From assembly GCA_035552175.1 (NCBI GenBank), contig DASZLW010000098.1:1-33687 (forward strand): DNA of 33,687 nucleotides, given 5' to 3'. This document shows, one piece after another, positions 26,488 through 33,169 of the stretch. The DNA is from Gaiellaceae bacterium. GTDB taxonomy: Bacteria > Actinomycetota > Thermoleophilia > Gaiellales > Gaiellaceae. A program made the translations under genes and the position numbers. Below the pieces are notes generated by a model. The model was not told where the DNA came from and made no database searches. It was given only the letters and a program-made list of their open reading frames with translations. Each line of letters begins with the position of its first letter. The stretch's first letter is position 1.

Positions 26488-27599
26488 GTCCCGAAGCCCG
26501 CGGCCGGGAACGCGCCGCGTTCGAGGAACGTCTCGAGCGCCTCGAGGTACGGTTCCAGGTCGAGGCCCTCTTCACGCACCCAGGCGTCGCTGTAGTACGT
26601 GCCGGCATAGCGTTCGCCGCTGTCGCAGATCAGGGTGACGATGCTCCCGCGCTCGCCCCGCGACAGCATCTCGGCCACCAGCAGCAAGGCGCCCCAGACG
26701 TTGGTTCCGGTGGAGCCGCCGACGCTGCGTCCCGTGCGGGCGTGTACGAGGCGCATCGTCGCGATCGAGGCGGCGTCGGGCACCCGGATCATGCGGTCGA
26801 CGATGTTCGGTAGGAACGACGCCTCCAGCCTCTGCCGTCCGATCCCCTCGATGCGTGACGGCCCGCCGGAGAACTCGGAGGGGTCGCCCGACCAGGCTGA
26901 GTAGAAGATCGAGTCCTCCGGGTCGACGACGCACATCAGCGTGGGGTAGTGGCCGAAGCGCGCGTAGCGGCCGATTGTTGCGCTCGTCCCGCCGGTCCCG
27001 GCGCCGACAACGATCCACGCAGGAACGGGGTAACGCTCCTGCGCCATCTGGTTGAAGATCGACTCGGCGATGTTGTTGTTGCCCCGCCAGTCGGTCGCGC
27101 GCTCCGCATACGTGAACTGATCGAGAAAGTATCCGCCCGACTCGTCTGCGAGCCGACGCGCCTCGTCGTACACCGTCGTCGGGTCCTCGACGAGATGGCA
27201 CGCACCTCCGTAACCTTCGATCAACGCGACCTTCTCGGGGCTCGTCGACGTCGGCATGACGGCGACGTACGGCAGCTCCAAGAACCGCGCGAAGTACGCC
27301 TCGGAAATGGCCGTCGAGCCGCTCGAGGCCTCGGCGATCGTCGTCCGCTCGGTGATCCACCCGTTGCAGAGTCCGTACAGGAACAGCGAGCGCGCAAGGC
27401 GGTGCTTGAGGGATCCCGTCGGGTGGACGGATTCGTCCTTCAGGTAGAGGTCGATCCCCCACGCAGCGGGTAGCGGAAAGGTATGCAGGTGCGTATCGGC
27501 CGAGCGGTTGGCGTCAGCCTCGAGACGACGCACGGCCTCGTCCGCCCACACCCTCGAACCAAGCCTCTCCCGCCGATTCACCGCTGCCGTCATGAACAC
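26484..27599 (-). CDS. PLP-dependent enzyme of the cysteine synthase / tryptophan-synthase-beta (PALP) fold, divergent subgroup
   Basis: 371-aa ORF with GTG 27599 or ATG 27593 as start. The Schiff-base lysine context is [17 protein letters not shown] (canonical cysteine synthases have GS-x-KDR). The phosphate-binding loop is [14 protein letters not shown]. Its TAA overlaps the TAG of the convergent DUF1059 gene. Confidence 0.85.
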   Translation of the reverse strand: MFMTAAVNRRERLGSRVWADEAVRRLEADANRSADTHLHTFPLPAAWGIDLYLKDESVHPTGSLKHRLARSLFLYGLCNGWITERTTIAEASSGSTAISEAYFARFLELPYVAVMPTSTSPEKVALIEGYGGACHLVEDPTTVYDEARRLADESGGYFLDQFTYAERATDWRGNNNIAESIFNQMAQERYPVPAWIVVGAGTGGTSATIGRYARFGHYPTLMCVVDPEDSIFYSAWSGDPSEFSGGPSRIEGIGRQRLEASFLPNIVDRMIRVPDAASIATMRLVHARTGRSVGGSTGTNVWGALLLVAEMLSRGERGSIVTLICDSGERYAGTYYSDAWVREEGLDLEPYLEALETFLERGAFPAAGFGT

Positions 27600-27614
27600 A
27601 GTCTCGCTCAGGGC

Positions 27615-29333
27615 TCAGGAGCTTGCCAACCGTGCGGCCGCCACCGCGTTCGCCTCCGCGTGCGCCCGCGAATGTCCCGTTACTGTAGCGAGGAAGTCAT
27701 CGCGCTCGAGCGCGTAGAGCCTGGTAACGCTCTCGGCCCGGACCGTCGCCGTTCGCGGGACGTCGCGGAGCAGGGCGATCTCACCGAAAAAGTCACCCGG
27801 GCCCAAGTGGATGCTCCGCGAGCCGAGGTCGATCACCACATCGCCGGTGTCGATGACGTAAAAACGGTCTCCGGTCGCGCCGGCGCGAACAATCTCGTCC
27901 CCCGGAGCGACATCGAGTTGGATGAGATGGGAGGCGATTTGCTGCTTCGCAACCAGTGACATCGGAGCGAAAAGGGCGACGCCTTCGATCAAGCCGAGTT
28001 GTTCGGACGGAGCAACTTCCGCGTCGATTTCGTGCAGGCGACGATAGATGACCAGGACGAGAACCGGCAGGACGGCGCCGACGATGATCAGGGCCGGCCG
28101 AAGCCCAACCAGGCTCAGAAGGGCGGGCGCGACGGACGAGCCGAGCGCTACCGCTCCCATTGCAAGACCCCATGTCAGGCCGAGCACACGCGTCAGCACC
28201 GCGTTGGGGACGGTTCGCTGCAGGAGCGTAAATCCCGCGACGTCGACGATGGTGTTCGCGGCGCCGACCGCGGCGAGTAGGACAACGACCGGAATCGGAT
28301 AGGAAAGCGGCGCGACCAGCATGATCGGTACACCCCAAAAGACGAGCCCCCAAGCGAAGGGCGGCGCGAGCCGCTCGCCGCGGAGCGAGACTGCGCCGAG
28401 CGCACCGATCAGGCCGCCTGCCCCGATCGCGGCCGTCAGGTAGCCCACCCCGGCGGCTCCACGGTGGAGCACCTGATAGGAAATGACGACGAGCAAGACG
28501 TTAAGGCAGCCGCGGATGAACGTCTGCGACGCGATCAGGCCCACGAGGAGGCGCGCGCGCGGCACCTCGCCGATTGCCTCGAAGCCTTGCCAAACCCCGA
28601 GACCTGCATCGGTCGAGGGCCTGGGAACGCTGCCCTCGACCGACACGCGGGCCAGAACCGCGGCCGAAGCGAGCAGGACGAGCGCCGCGACCACGAAGAC
28701 CGCCGTGGTGTCGGCGAGGGCGACCAGCACACCCGCACCTAGCGGCCCGAGCAGGGTGCCGAGGCTCTCGATCGTCGAGGTCGCACCGTTCGCGGCGATC
28801 AACTCTTGCGCAGTTCGCGAAAGTGATGGAAGCAGTGCGACAAGCGCCGGGCGGAAGAGCGTGGAGCAGATGCCGACCGCAGCTGCGGCACCGAAGACGA
28901 CGATCCGGTCGTCCAACAGAGCTCCCACGGCCGAAACGACGAGAGCCGCCCCGCCGATGAGTGCGAGCCCGAGCAGAAACCGCTCCCGCCGAAAACGATC
29001 GCCGAGGGAGGATGCGAACGGTGCGATGACGGCCGTCGGGAGCAATCGCACGACGCCCGCGGCGCCGACCGCCGTTGATCCGCCGTGGCTGTACGCAAAG
29101 ACGCCGAGAGCCACGAAGTGCGCCCACTCAGCCGAGATCGTCGCGCCCCAGGCCAGTTCTGCGCGCCGGATGTCGCCGTTCGAAGCGGCGACGCGCAGAG
29201 ACTTGATCACCTGACGGAAACGATCCATCAGGCGGTTCGTTCCGACACGACAGCGTCTGAGGACGGCAACGACGAGCCCGTCGCCCTGGTTTCGCGAAGC
29301 CGGTCGACAGATGACGACATCACGCTCGATCAT
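27615..29333 (-). CDS. MFS transporter (EntS/MFS_3-like) fused to a C-terminal canonical cNMP-binding domain
   Basis: About 12 hydrophobic segments, then LFAPMSLVAKQQIASHL...GDRFYVIDTGDVVI...GPGDFFGEIALLRDVPRTATVRAES...ALERDDFLATV. The phosphate-binding cassette FGE..A..PR(T)A is textbook. The start is either ATG 29333 or ATG 29228 (MDRFRQVIKSL). Confidence 0.8.
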   Translation of the reverse strand: MIERDVVICRPASRNQGDGLVVAVLRRCRVGTNRLMDRFRQVIKSLRVAASNGDIRRAELAWGATISAEWAHFVALGVFAYSHGGSTAVGAAGVVRLLPTAVIAPFASSLGDRFRRERFLLGLALIGGAALVVSAVGALLDDRIVVFGAAAAVGICSTLFRPALVALLPSLSRTAQELIAANGATSTIESLGTLLGPLGAGVLVALADTTAVFVVAALVLLASAAVLARVSVEGSVPRPSTDAGLGVWQGFEAIGEVPRARLLVGLIASQTFIRGCLNVLLVVISYQVLHRGAAGVGYLTAAIGAGGLIGALGAVSLRGERLAPPFAWGLVFWGVPIMLVAPLSYPIPVVVLLAAVGAANTIVDVAGFTLLQRTVPNAVLTRVLGLTWGLAMGAVALGSSVAPALLSLVGLRPALIIVGAVLPVLVLVIYRRLHEIDAEVAPSEQLGLIEGVALFAPMSLVAKQQIASHLIQLDVAPGDEIVRAGATGDRFYVIDTGDVVIDLGSRSIHLGPGDFFGEIALLRDVPRTATVRAESVTRLYALERDDFLATVTGHSRAHAEANAVAAARLASS

Positions 29334-29652
29334 GGAGCCCTACCCTTTGCTTGTCCACCGGATTCAGGGCAGTCCGCAAGGTGAACCGGCTTCCTGATCC
29401 GCGACCGCGAGAGGAGGACAGCGGCTCGTCCGACGGGGTACCCGCGAGATTCCCATTCGGAGTCACGATCTCGCCGAACGTGCCGCTCGGATACCGCACC
29501 TGGTAACCCGAGGTGCCAGTCACTTCGATAACGACAACCCACTGCGGCTCGCCATTGCCCGCCCGAGCCGCCACGGGAGCGATCACCCATGGAGGGCGTC
29601 GGGGTTGGCGTCCCTGTCCGCCCTGGGCTCGGACTTGGTTTCGTTTCCGCAT
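29320..29652 (-). CDS. Hypothetical 110-aa protein (weak call)
   Basis: ATG-initiated ORF with a basic N-terminus and a plausible core PQWVVVIEVTGTSGYQVRYPSGTFGEIVTPNGNLAGTP. Third-position G+C is about 68% by hand count, clearly below neighbouring genes. No homology is recognised. It overlaps ATG 29333 of the MFS gene by 14 nt. Confidence 0.35.
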   Translation of the reverse strand: MRKRNQVRAQGGQGRQPRRPPWVIAPVAARAGNGEPQWVVVIEVTGTSGYQVRYPSGTFGEIVTPNGNLAGTPSDEPLSSSRGRGSGSRFTLRTALNPVDKQRVGLHDRA

Positions 29653-29681
29653 CCGCGGATTCCAGGTTGTTGACGCGCGCT

Positions 29682-29723
29682 AGCTGAATAGACACCACAC
29701 GAGCTGAATAGACACCACACGAG
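29682..29723. repeat. Perfect tandem duplication of a 20-bp unit (AGCTGAATAGACACCACACG x2.1)
   Basis: 29682-29701 and 29702-29721 are identical, and the next 2 nt continue the unit. It lies 33 bp beyond the 3' end of tRNA-Lys and 30 bp upstream of ATG 29652. Confidence 0.95.
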
Positions 29724-29755
29724 GCCAAGAAATGGCTTTGCGCAGGGATTTCTGA

Positions 29756-29828
29756 TGGGCCGGGCAGGGATCGAACCTGCGACCTTGGGATTAAAAGTCC
29801 CCTGCTCTACCAACTGAGCTACCGGCCC
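29756..29828 (-). tRNA. tRNA-Lys (anticodon UUU)
   Basis: The reverse complement GGGCCGGTAGCTCAGTTGGTAGAGCAGGGGACTTTTAATCCCAAGGTCGCAGGTTCGATCCCTGCCCGGCCCA folds as a 73-nt cloverleaf. It has a 7-bp acceptor stem, GCTC/GAGC D stem, anticodon loop CTTTTAA, T arm GCAGG-TTCGATC-CCTGC and discriminator A. CCA is not encoded. Confidence 0.95.
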
Positions 29829-29842
29829 GCGATACTGCTTCT

Positions 29843-30070
29843 GTGGGGAAAGGGTACGCAGAAGGGTCCGCGGTCGAGGAGCGGCTCGCGGCTCTCGAAC
29901 GCGGGGACGACGCGCTTCTCGCTCGCGATGCTGGGCGGGCTGCGGTTTACGGGAGCACGGAGGTTGAGCACGAGCGGCACTTCATCGGGTGGGCCGACGA
30001 GGTCGACGCCGATGCCCTCTTCGCCTCCGGGGAAGCCTGGGGCATCCAGATCGTCCACCGCGGCGGCTGA
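29843..30070 (+). CDS. Hypothetical 75-aa ORF (very weak call)
   Basis: GTG-initiated ORF in the 325-bp gap between tRNA-Lys and the 67-aa ORF. Third-position G+C is about 81%, but the mirror frame on the minus strand scores the same. No motif is recognised. Confidence 0.2.
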   Translation: MGKGYAEGSAVEERLAALERGDDALLARDAGRAAVYGSTEVEHERHFIGWADEVDADALFASGEAWGIQIVHRGG

Positions 30071-30153
30071 ACGTATCCGTCGAAGTCCTCGCTGTCCGCG
30101 TCGGGCGCGGTTCCGGACTACGTCCAGGAGCCGTCCCGGGCACGAGACGTCGC

Positions 30154-30357
30154 TCAGAACGTGGCCTCCCACTCGTCGATGAGGCGCTCGACGTGGCGGC
30201 GCTGCGCCGCGGAGAACTCGAAGCACGCGACGATCCGGCGGGCCTCCGCGACGTCGGCGTTCTCGATCGCCGCCTCGAGACGCTCGCGCAGCGGCTCGTG
30301 CTGACGCAGCTGCCGTCGAAGCCAGCGCTGGAGGCTCACCTGCTCGGCGCGCGTCAT
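30154..30357 (-). CDS. Hypothetical 67-aa helical protein, translationally coupled to the GNAT gene
   Basis: This is the last part of track ORF 30154..30708. ATG 30357 forms an ATGA overlap with the GNAT stop. The sequence is MTRAEQVSLQRWLRRQLRQHEPLRERLEAAIENADVAEARRIVACFEFSAAQRRHVERLIDEWEATF. Confidence 0.55.
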   Translation of the reverse strand: MTRAEQVSLQRWLRRQLRQHEPLRERLEAAIENADVAEARRIVACFEFSAAQRRHVERLIDEWEATF

Positions 30358-31217
30358 AGCGGAAGGAGCCAGATCGTCTCGGTGCCGACGGTCGAGAAGC
30401 CGAGCCGTTCGTACAATCTGACCGCGCCGGTCGGGTTCGACGCATCGACCTTCAGGCCGACGGTCGCGACCCCGCGACGCGAGAATTCGGAGAGCCCCTG
30501 ACCGACGAGGGCCGCGCCGAGACCACGACCGCGCTCGGCCGCTGAGACCGCAATGTCCTTCAGCCAGCCGGAGTTCCAGTGAAGCGCGCACCCGGCGAGC
30601 TCGCCCGACCGCTCGGCGATCCACCACACGCGTGGATCGAACTCGGAGTCGCCGATCATCCAGCTCACCCAGGCATCGTGCGCCATCGGCACGTAGCGGG
30701 CATCCCACGCCAGGTACGAGTCGTCGAGGAGGCGGTGCACCGATTCGGCGTCGGCAGGCTCGAACGTGCGTATCGCGATCCCCTCGGGCGGCAGCCGTTC
30801 CGGGAGGGGCTTCCCGAGCGGCCGCCGCATCAGCAGCGTCACACGGTCGAGCCGGAACGGATGCCGCTCGGCGAAGCCGGCGAGGGGGCTCGCCTCCGAG
30901 AGCACGGTGAGCGTCAGCGACCCGAAGCCGAGCTCGCGGGCTCGCGCCGAGAGCCGTTCGAGGAGCTCGTCGGCAACCACGTCACCGGCGGCTGCGAGGA
31001 CGAGCTCCTGCCTGATCGTGACGGCGCCGTAACCGACGAGCCGCCCCGCTTCCTCGACAACGAGGTTGTCCCGACCAAGCACGAACCCGGGAACCTTCCA
31101 TTCCGACCGGAGATGCTCGGCGCGGACCCCGGCGACCCCCGACGCGGCCCGGTTCTGCGCCCCGAGCAGCTCGACGACCGCATCGAGATCCTCCCATTTC
31201 GTTGCACGCACGAGCAT
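30354..31217 (-). CDS. Double-GNAT acetyltransferase, MshD (mycothiol synthase)-like architecture
   Basis: 287-aa ORF starting at ATG with two GNAT modules. The C-terminal module carries the acetyl-CoA motif RGRGLGAALV and KVDASNPTGAVRLYERLGF. Confidence 0.75.
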   Translation of the reverse strand: MLVRATKWEDLDAVVELLGAQNRAASGVAGVRAEHLRSEWKVPGFVLGRDNLVVEEAGRLVGYGAVTIRQELVLAAAGDVVADELLERLSARARELGFGSLTLTVLSEASPLAGFAERHPFRLDRVTLLMRRPLGKPLPERLPPEGIAIRTFEPADAESVHRLLDDSYLAWDARYVPMAHDAWVSWMIGDSEFDPRVWWIAERSGELAGCALHWNSGWLKDIAVSAAERGRGLGAALVGQGLSEFSRRGVATVGLKVDASNPTGAVRLYERLGFSTVGTETIWLLPL

Positions 31218-31255
31218 GGGCGGATTCTGGCAACGCGCCGGTACTCTCCGCTCAG

Positions 31256-31328
31256 GCCCCCATCGTCTAGTGGCCTAGGACTCCGGCCTTTCACGCCGGC
31301 AGCACGGGTTCGAATCCCGTTGGGGGTA
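31256..31328 (+). tRNA. tRNA-Glu (anticodon UUC)
   Basis: GCCCCCATCGTCTAGTGGCCTAGGACTCCGGCCTTTCACGCCGGCAGCACGGGTTCGAATCCCGTTGGGGGTA folds as a 73-nt cloverleaf. It has the anticodon stem CCGGC/GCCGG, loop CTTTCAC, T arm ACGGG-TTCGAAT-CCCGT and a G1-U72 wobble. Its 5' end is only 38 bp from the divergent GNAT start. Confidence 0.95.
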
Positions 31329-31340
31329 TCAAATGTCACA

Positions 31341-31365
31341 TAGTAGAGCCGTTTCGGCTCTACTA
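31341..31365 (+). terminator. Perfect 10-bp stem-loop directly after tRNA-Glu
   Basis: TAGTAGAGCC-GTTTC-GGCTCTACTA begins 13 nt after the tRNA 3' end. There is no U-tract. It could be a processing or termination structure, or part of the attL region. Confidence 0.35.
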
Positions 31366-31449
31366 CACGGGTCATTCGTGACAGTTGGGACGGGCTCGAG
31401 CATGCGGTGCATACACGCTCACCGGGCAGCGACGAAGCGCTGGACAACT

Positions 31450-31494
31450 GGCAGAGAGAGGGTTCACCTGGCAATGATGCGCCCTCTCTCTGCC
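31450..31494. repeat. Perfect 13-bp inverted repeat with 19-nt spacer (GGCAGAGAGAGGG ... CCCTCTCTCTGCC)
   Basis: The arms 31450-31462 and 31482-31494 are exact reverse complements. The repeat sits in non-coding debris between tRNA-Glu and the recombinase remnant. Confidence 0.9.
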
Positions 31495-31504
31495 TACCGA
31501 GTGA

Positions 31505-31760
31505 GGTCAAGAGTTCGACGGCTCGCACTTCCGTGCAGCTCCGCTGTTCCGCCGAGCGCTGAAGGCGGGGAATCTGCTAATCGCCGAGATGACGGCGCGC
31601 GAGGCCGGCAGGCTCGACCTCGGTGAGGCGCTCGAACTCACAGCGTTGATCTCGCTGAACGATCGAGAGCGCGGCCGGCGTGCCGCGATGCGGTGGCTCC
31701 GCTGGTGCCTCGACGCTCGTGAGCCGACGCTCGACGAGACGACAATGGTCGAACCGCCGG
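31505..31760 (+). pseudogene. Fragment of a small alpha-helical actinobacterial hypothetical protein (truncated)
   Basis: The frame is open from 31505: ...FRRALKAGNLLIAEMTAREAGRLDLGEALELTALISLNDRERGRRAAMRWLRWCLDAREPTLDETTMV. There is no credible start or SD, the C-terminus is lost, and it runs into the recombinase remnant. The track fuses it artificially to the Fic ORF. Confidence 0.35.
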
Positions 31761-31902
31761 ATCTCGCTTCTGCAGCTAAGTGGACAGCCGTGGGCGAGGA
31801 TCGGCGAGGAGGTCGGACAGCGGGAACCCTGCCGCGACCGCCAACACGTACACGCACGTGCTCACGGACGAGAGGGAACTCGAATACGAACGGATCCAGT
31901 GA
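31749..31902 (+). pseudogene. Tyrosine recombinase/integrase C-terminal remnant with a frameshift
   Basis: One frame reads SNRRISLLQLSGQPWARIGEEVGQ (31749-31820). After a +1 shift near 31821, the next reads GNPAATANTYTHVLTDERELEYERIQ* (stop 31900-31902). Together these resemble the integrase box II end (HDLRHRRISLL...W.RIGE.VGQ...TANTYTHVL with the catalytic Tyr). Everything N-terminal of this is missing. Confidence 0.55.
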
Positions 31903-31943
31903 GGGCTCACCCGCGGGGATGGGTACCGGGCCAGAACCGGAAG

Positions 31944-31994
31944 TTGAAAACTCTCGGTTGCTTTTCAAGTATCAAGAGATAAACTTGAAAACTG
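31944..31994 (+). promoter_or_regulatory. AT-rich Fic upstream region with three TTGAAAA-type boxes
   Basis: TTGAAAACT occurs at 31944-31952 and again at 31985-31993, ending 3 nt before the Fic ATG. An inverted copy CTTTTCAAG lies at 31961-31969. A possible promoter is -35 TTGAAA with -10 AAGTAT at 17-nt spacing. There is no SD before ATG 31997. Confidence 0.35.
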
Positions 31995-31996
31995 CC

Positions 31997-33169
31997 ATGG
32001 ACATCGCAAGGTTTCGATCATCTCCTGTGGGCAGCCTCGTACCAATCGTCGTTGCCGACGGAGACAAGGAGTGGCGCCACTCGGCGTTCGTGCCGAGCCC
32101 TCTTCCAAAGGAGCTTGAGCTTAAACAGGCCACATGGACGGCGGTAACAGAGGCCTCTGCCGCGCTCGCGCGCCTCGACGGTGCAGCGCACAGACTTCCG
32201 AACCCGTACTTGCTCGTCCGTCCAGCCCTGACGAAGGAGGCTGTCAGCACCTCTGCGCTTGAGGGCACCTACGCCGCGATCGAAGACGTTCTTCAGGCTG
32301 AACTGCTCGAAGAATCGGAACTCACCGCCTCGACAGCTGAGGTGCGCAACTACGTGCTTGCCGCCGAGAAGGGGATCGATCTCATTAAGAAACTGCCGGT
32401 CTGCCGACGCCTTGCGAGGGAGGTCCACGGGGTGCTGATGCGAGGGTCGAGGGGCGACCACGCCGAAATCGGCAATTTCAGGCGCCGGCAAAACTGGATC
32501 GGCACGAGGCGCAGCTCGCCAGTGACAGAGTCTCTGTTCGTGCCGCCGCCTCCTGGCGACGAGCTCGATCGCGGACTCGACGCCTGGGAACGCTGGGTCA
32601 ACGACGCTGGGATAGGGCTGCCATCACTCATTCGCGTGGCCTTGGCGCACTATCAGTTCGAGACGCTTCACCCCTTCATCGACGGCAACGGGCGTGTTGG
32701 CCGCCTTCTCATTGTGCTGACCCTGATGGAACATGGCGATCTGAAGATTCCCCTACTGAACGTCTCTCCCTTTTTCGAGGACGCTCGAGACGAATACATA
32801 GACCACCTTCGAAGCGTGAGCGAAACGGGCGACTTCCAGCCTTGGGTCGTTTTCTTCGCTGAAGCGATTCAAAAGCAGTCGATCGACGCTCTTGAGAAGG
32901 CTGACGAACTCATTAGCCTTCGTGACGAGCTGGTGCGGGTCGTTCACGAGCAACGCGTGCGCGGCGTAGCGCTGAGGATCACGGAGGACTTGATCGGATA
33001 CCCATTTATCACTCCCACACGGGCCGCGGTCAAGTTCGATGTCAGCTACCAGGCCGCGAACTCGGCTATCGCACGACTCGTGGAGATAGGCATCCTTCGC
33101 GAGGCGACCGGAGGCTCCTACGGCCGGATGTTCATGTCGCCGCGCGTTCTAGCTGTGATCAACCGGTAG
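31997..33169 (+). CDS. Fic-family protein (class II, N-terminal Fic_N with inhibitory motif, C-terminal winged HTH)
   Basis: Track ORF 31589..33169 trimmed to ATG 31997 (MDIARFRSSPVG). The canonical active site is HPFIDGNGRVGRLL. The N-terminal inhibitory motif (S/T)xxxE(G/N) appears as TSALEG. The C-terminal wHTH-like region is ITPTRAAVKFDVSYQAANSAIARLVEIGILRE. Confidence 0.9.
   Translation: MDIARFRSSPVGSLVPIVVADGDKEWRHSAFVPSPLPKELELKQATWTAVTEASAALARLDGAAHRLPNPYLLVRPALTKEAVSTSALEGTYAAIEDVLQAELLEESELTASTAEVRNYVLAAEKGIDLIKKLPVCRRLAREVHGVLMRGSRGDHAEIGNFRRRQNWIGTRRSSPVTESLFVPPPPGDELDRGLDAWERWVNDAGIGLPSLIRVALAHYQFETLHPFIDGNGRVGRLLIVLTLMEHGDLKIPLLNVSPFFEDARDEYIDHLRSVSETGDFQPWVVFFAEAIQKQSIDALEKADELISLRDELVRVVHEQRVRGVALRITEDLIGYPFITPTRAAVKFDVSYQAANSAIARLVEIGILREATGGSYGRMFMSPRVLAVINR

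Noticed and set aside
25342-27599. Ergothioneine (egt) cluster because of the EgtC-like amidohydrolase and a PLP enzyme
   Set aside because: The defining EgtB (sulfoxide synthase) and EgtD (histidine methyltransferase) are absent from the window. EgtE is a class V aminotransferase-fold lyase, not the PALP fold seen here.
24375-29333. Cyclic-nucleotide antiphage system (Pycsar/CBASS-like) because of three CNB domains
   Set aside because: There is no cyclase, no CD-NTase, and no TIR, patatin, endonuclease or short pore-forming effector. The CNB domains are attached to a 12-TM MFS transporter and to a metabolic-type enzyme pair, which points to metabolism or regulation.
29682-29723. Possible CRISPR or minisatellite
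   Set aside because: There are only two directly abutting 20-bp copies with no spacers, and no cas genes in the window. I report it as a tandem duplication only.
29819-30445. 208-aa minus-strand ORF spanning the tRNA-Lys/GNAT gap
   Set aside because: Its 3' end overlaps tRNA-Lys by 10 nt, and its 5' half is out of frame over the 67-aa ORF and the GNAT C-terminus. In the gap it is the mirror frame of 29843..30070 with identical third-position statistics, so neither can be trusted.
30154-31217. GNAT toxin-antitoxin module (TacT/AtaT-like)
   Set aside because: Known GNAT toxins are single-domain proteins of about 170 aa, preceded by an RHH/DUF1778 antitoxin. Here the GNAT is a 287-aa double domain, and the small ORF is downstream and lacks an RHH-like N-terminus.
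31227-31235. Third CTGGCAACG string upstream of the GNAT gene, possibly another LacI operator
   Set aside because: Only the left half-site matches. The right half (CGCCGGTAC) has no dyad symmetry, and the gene has no link to sugar use.
31589-31996. 136-codon N-terminal extension that would make Fic a 526-aa protein
   Set aside because: The extension consists of an unrelated protein fragment followed by out-of-frame integrase debris and an AT-rich promoter-like stretch. Fic_N homology starts right after ATG 31997.
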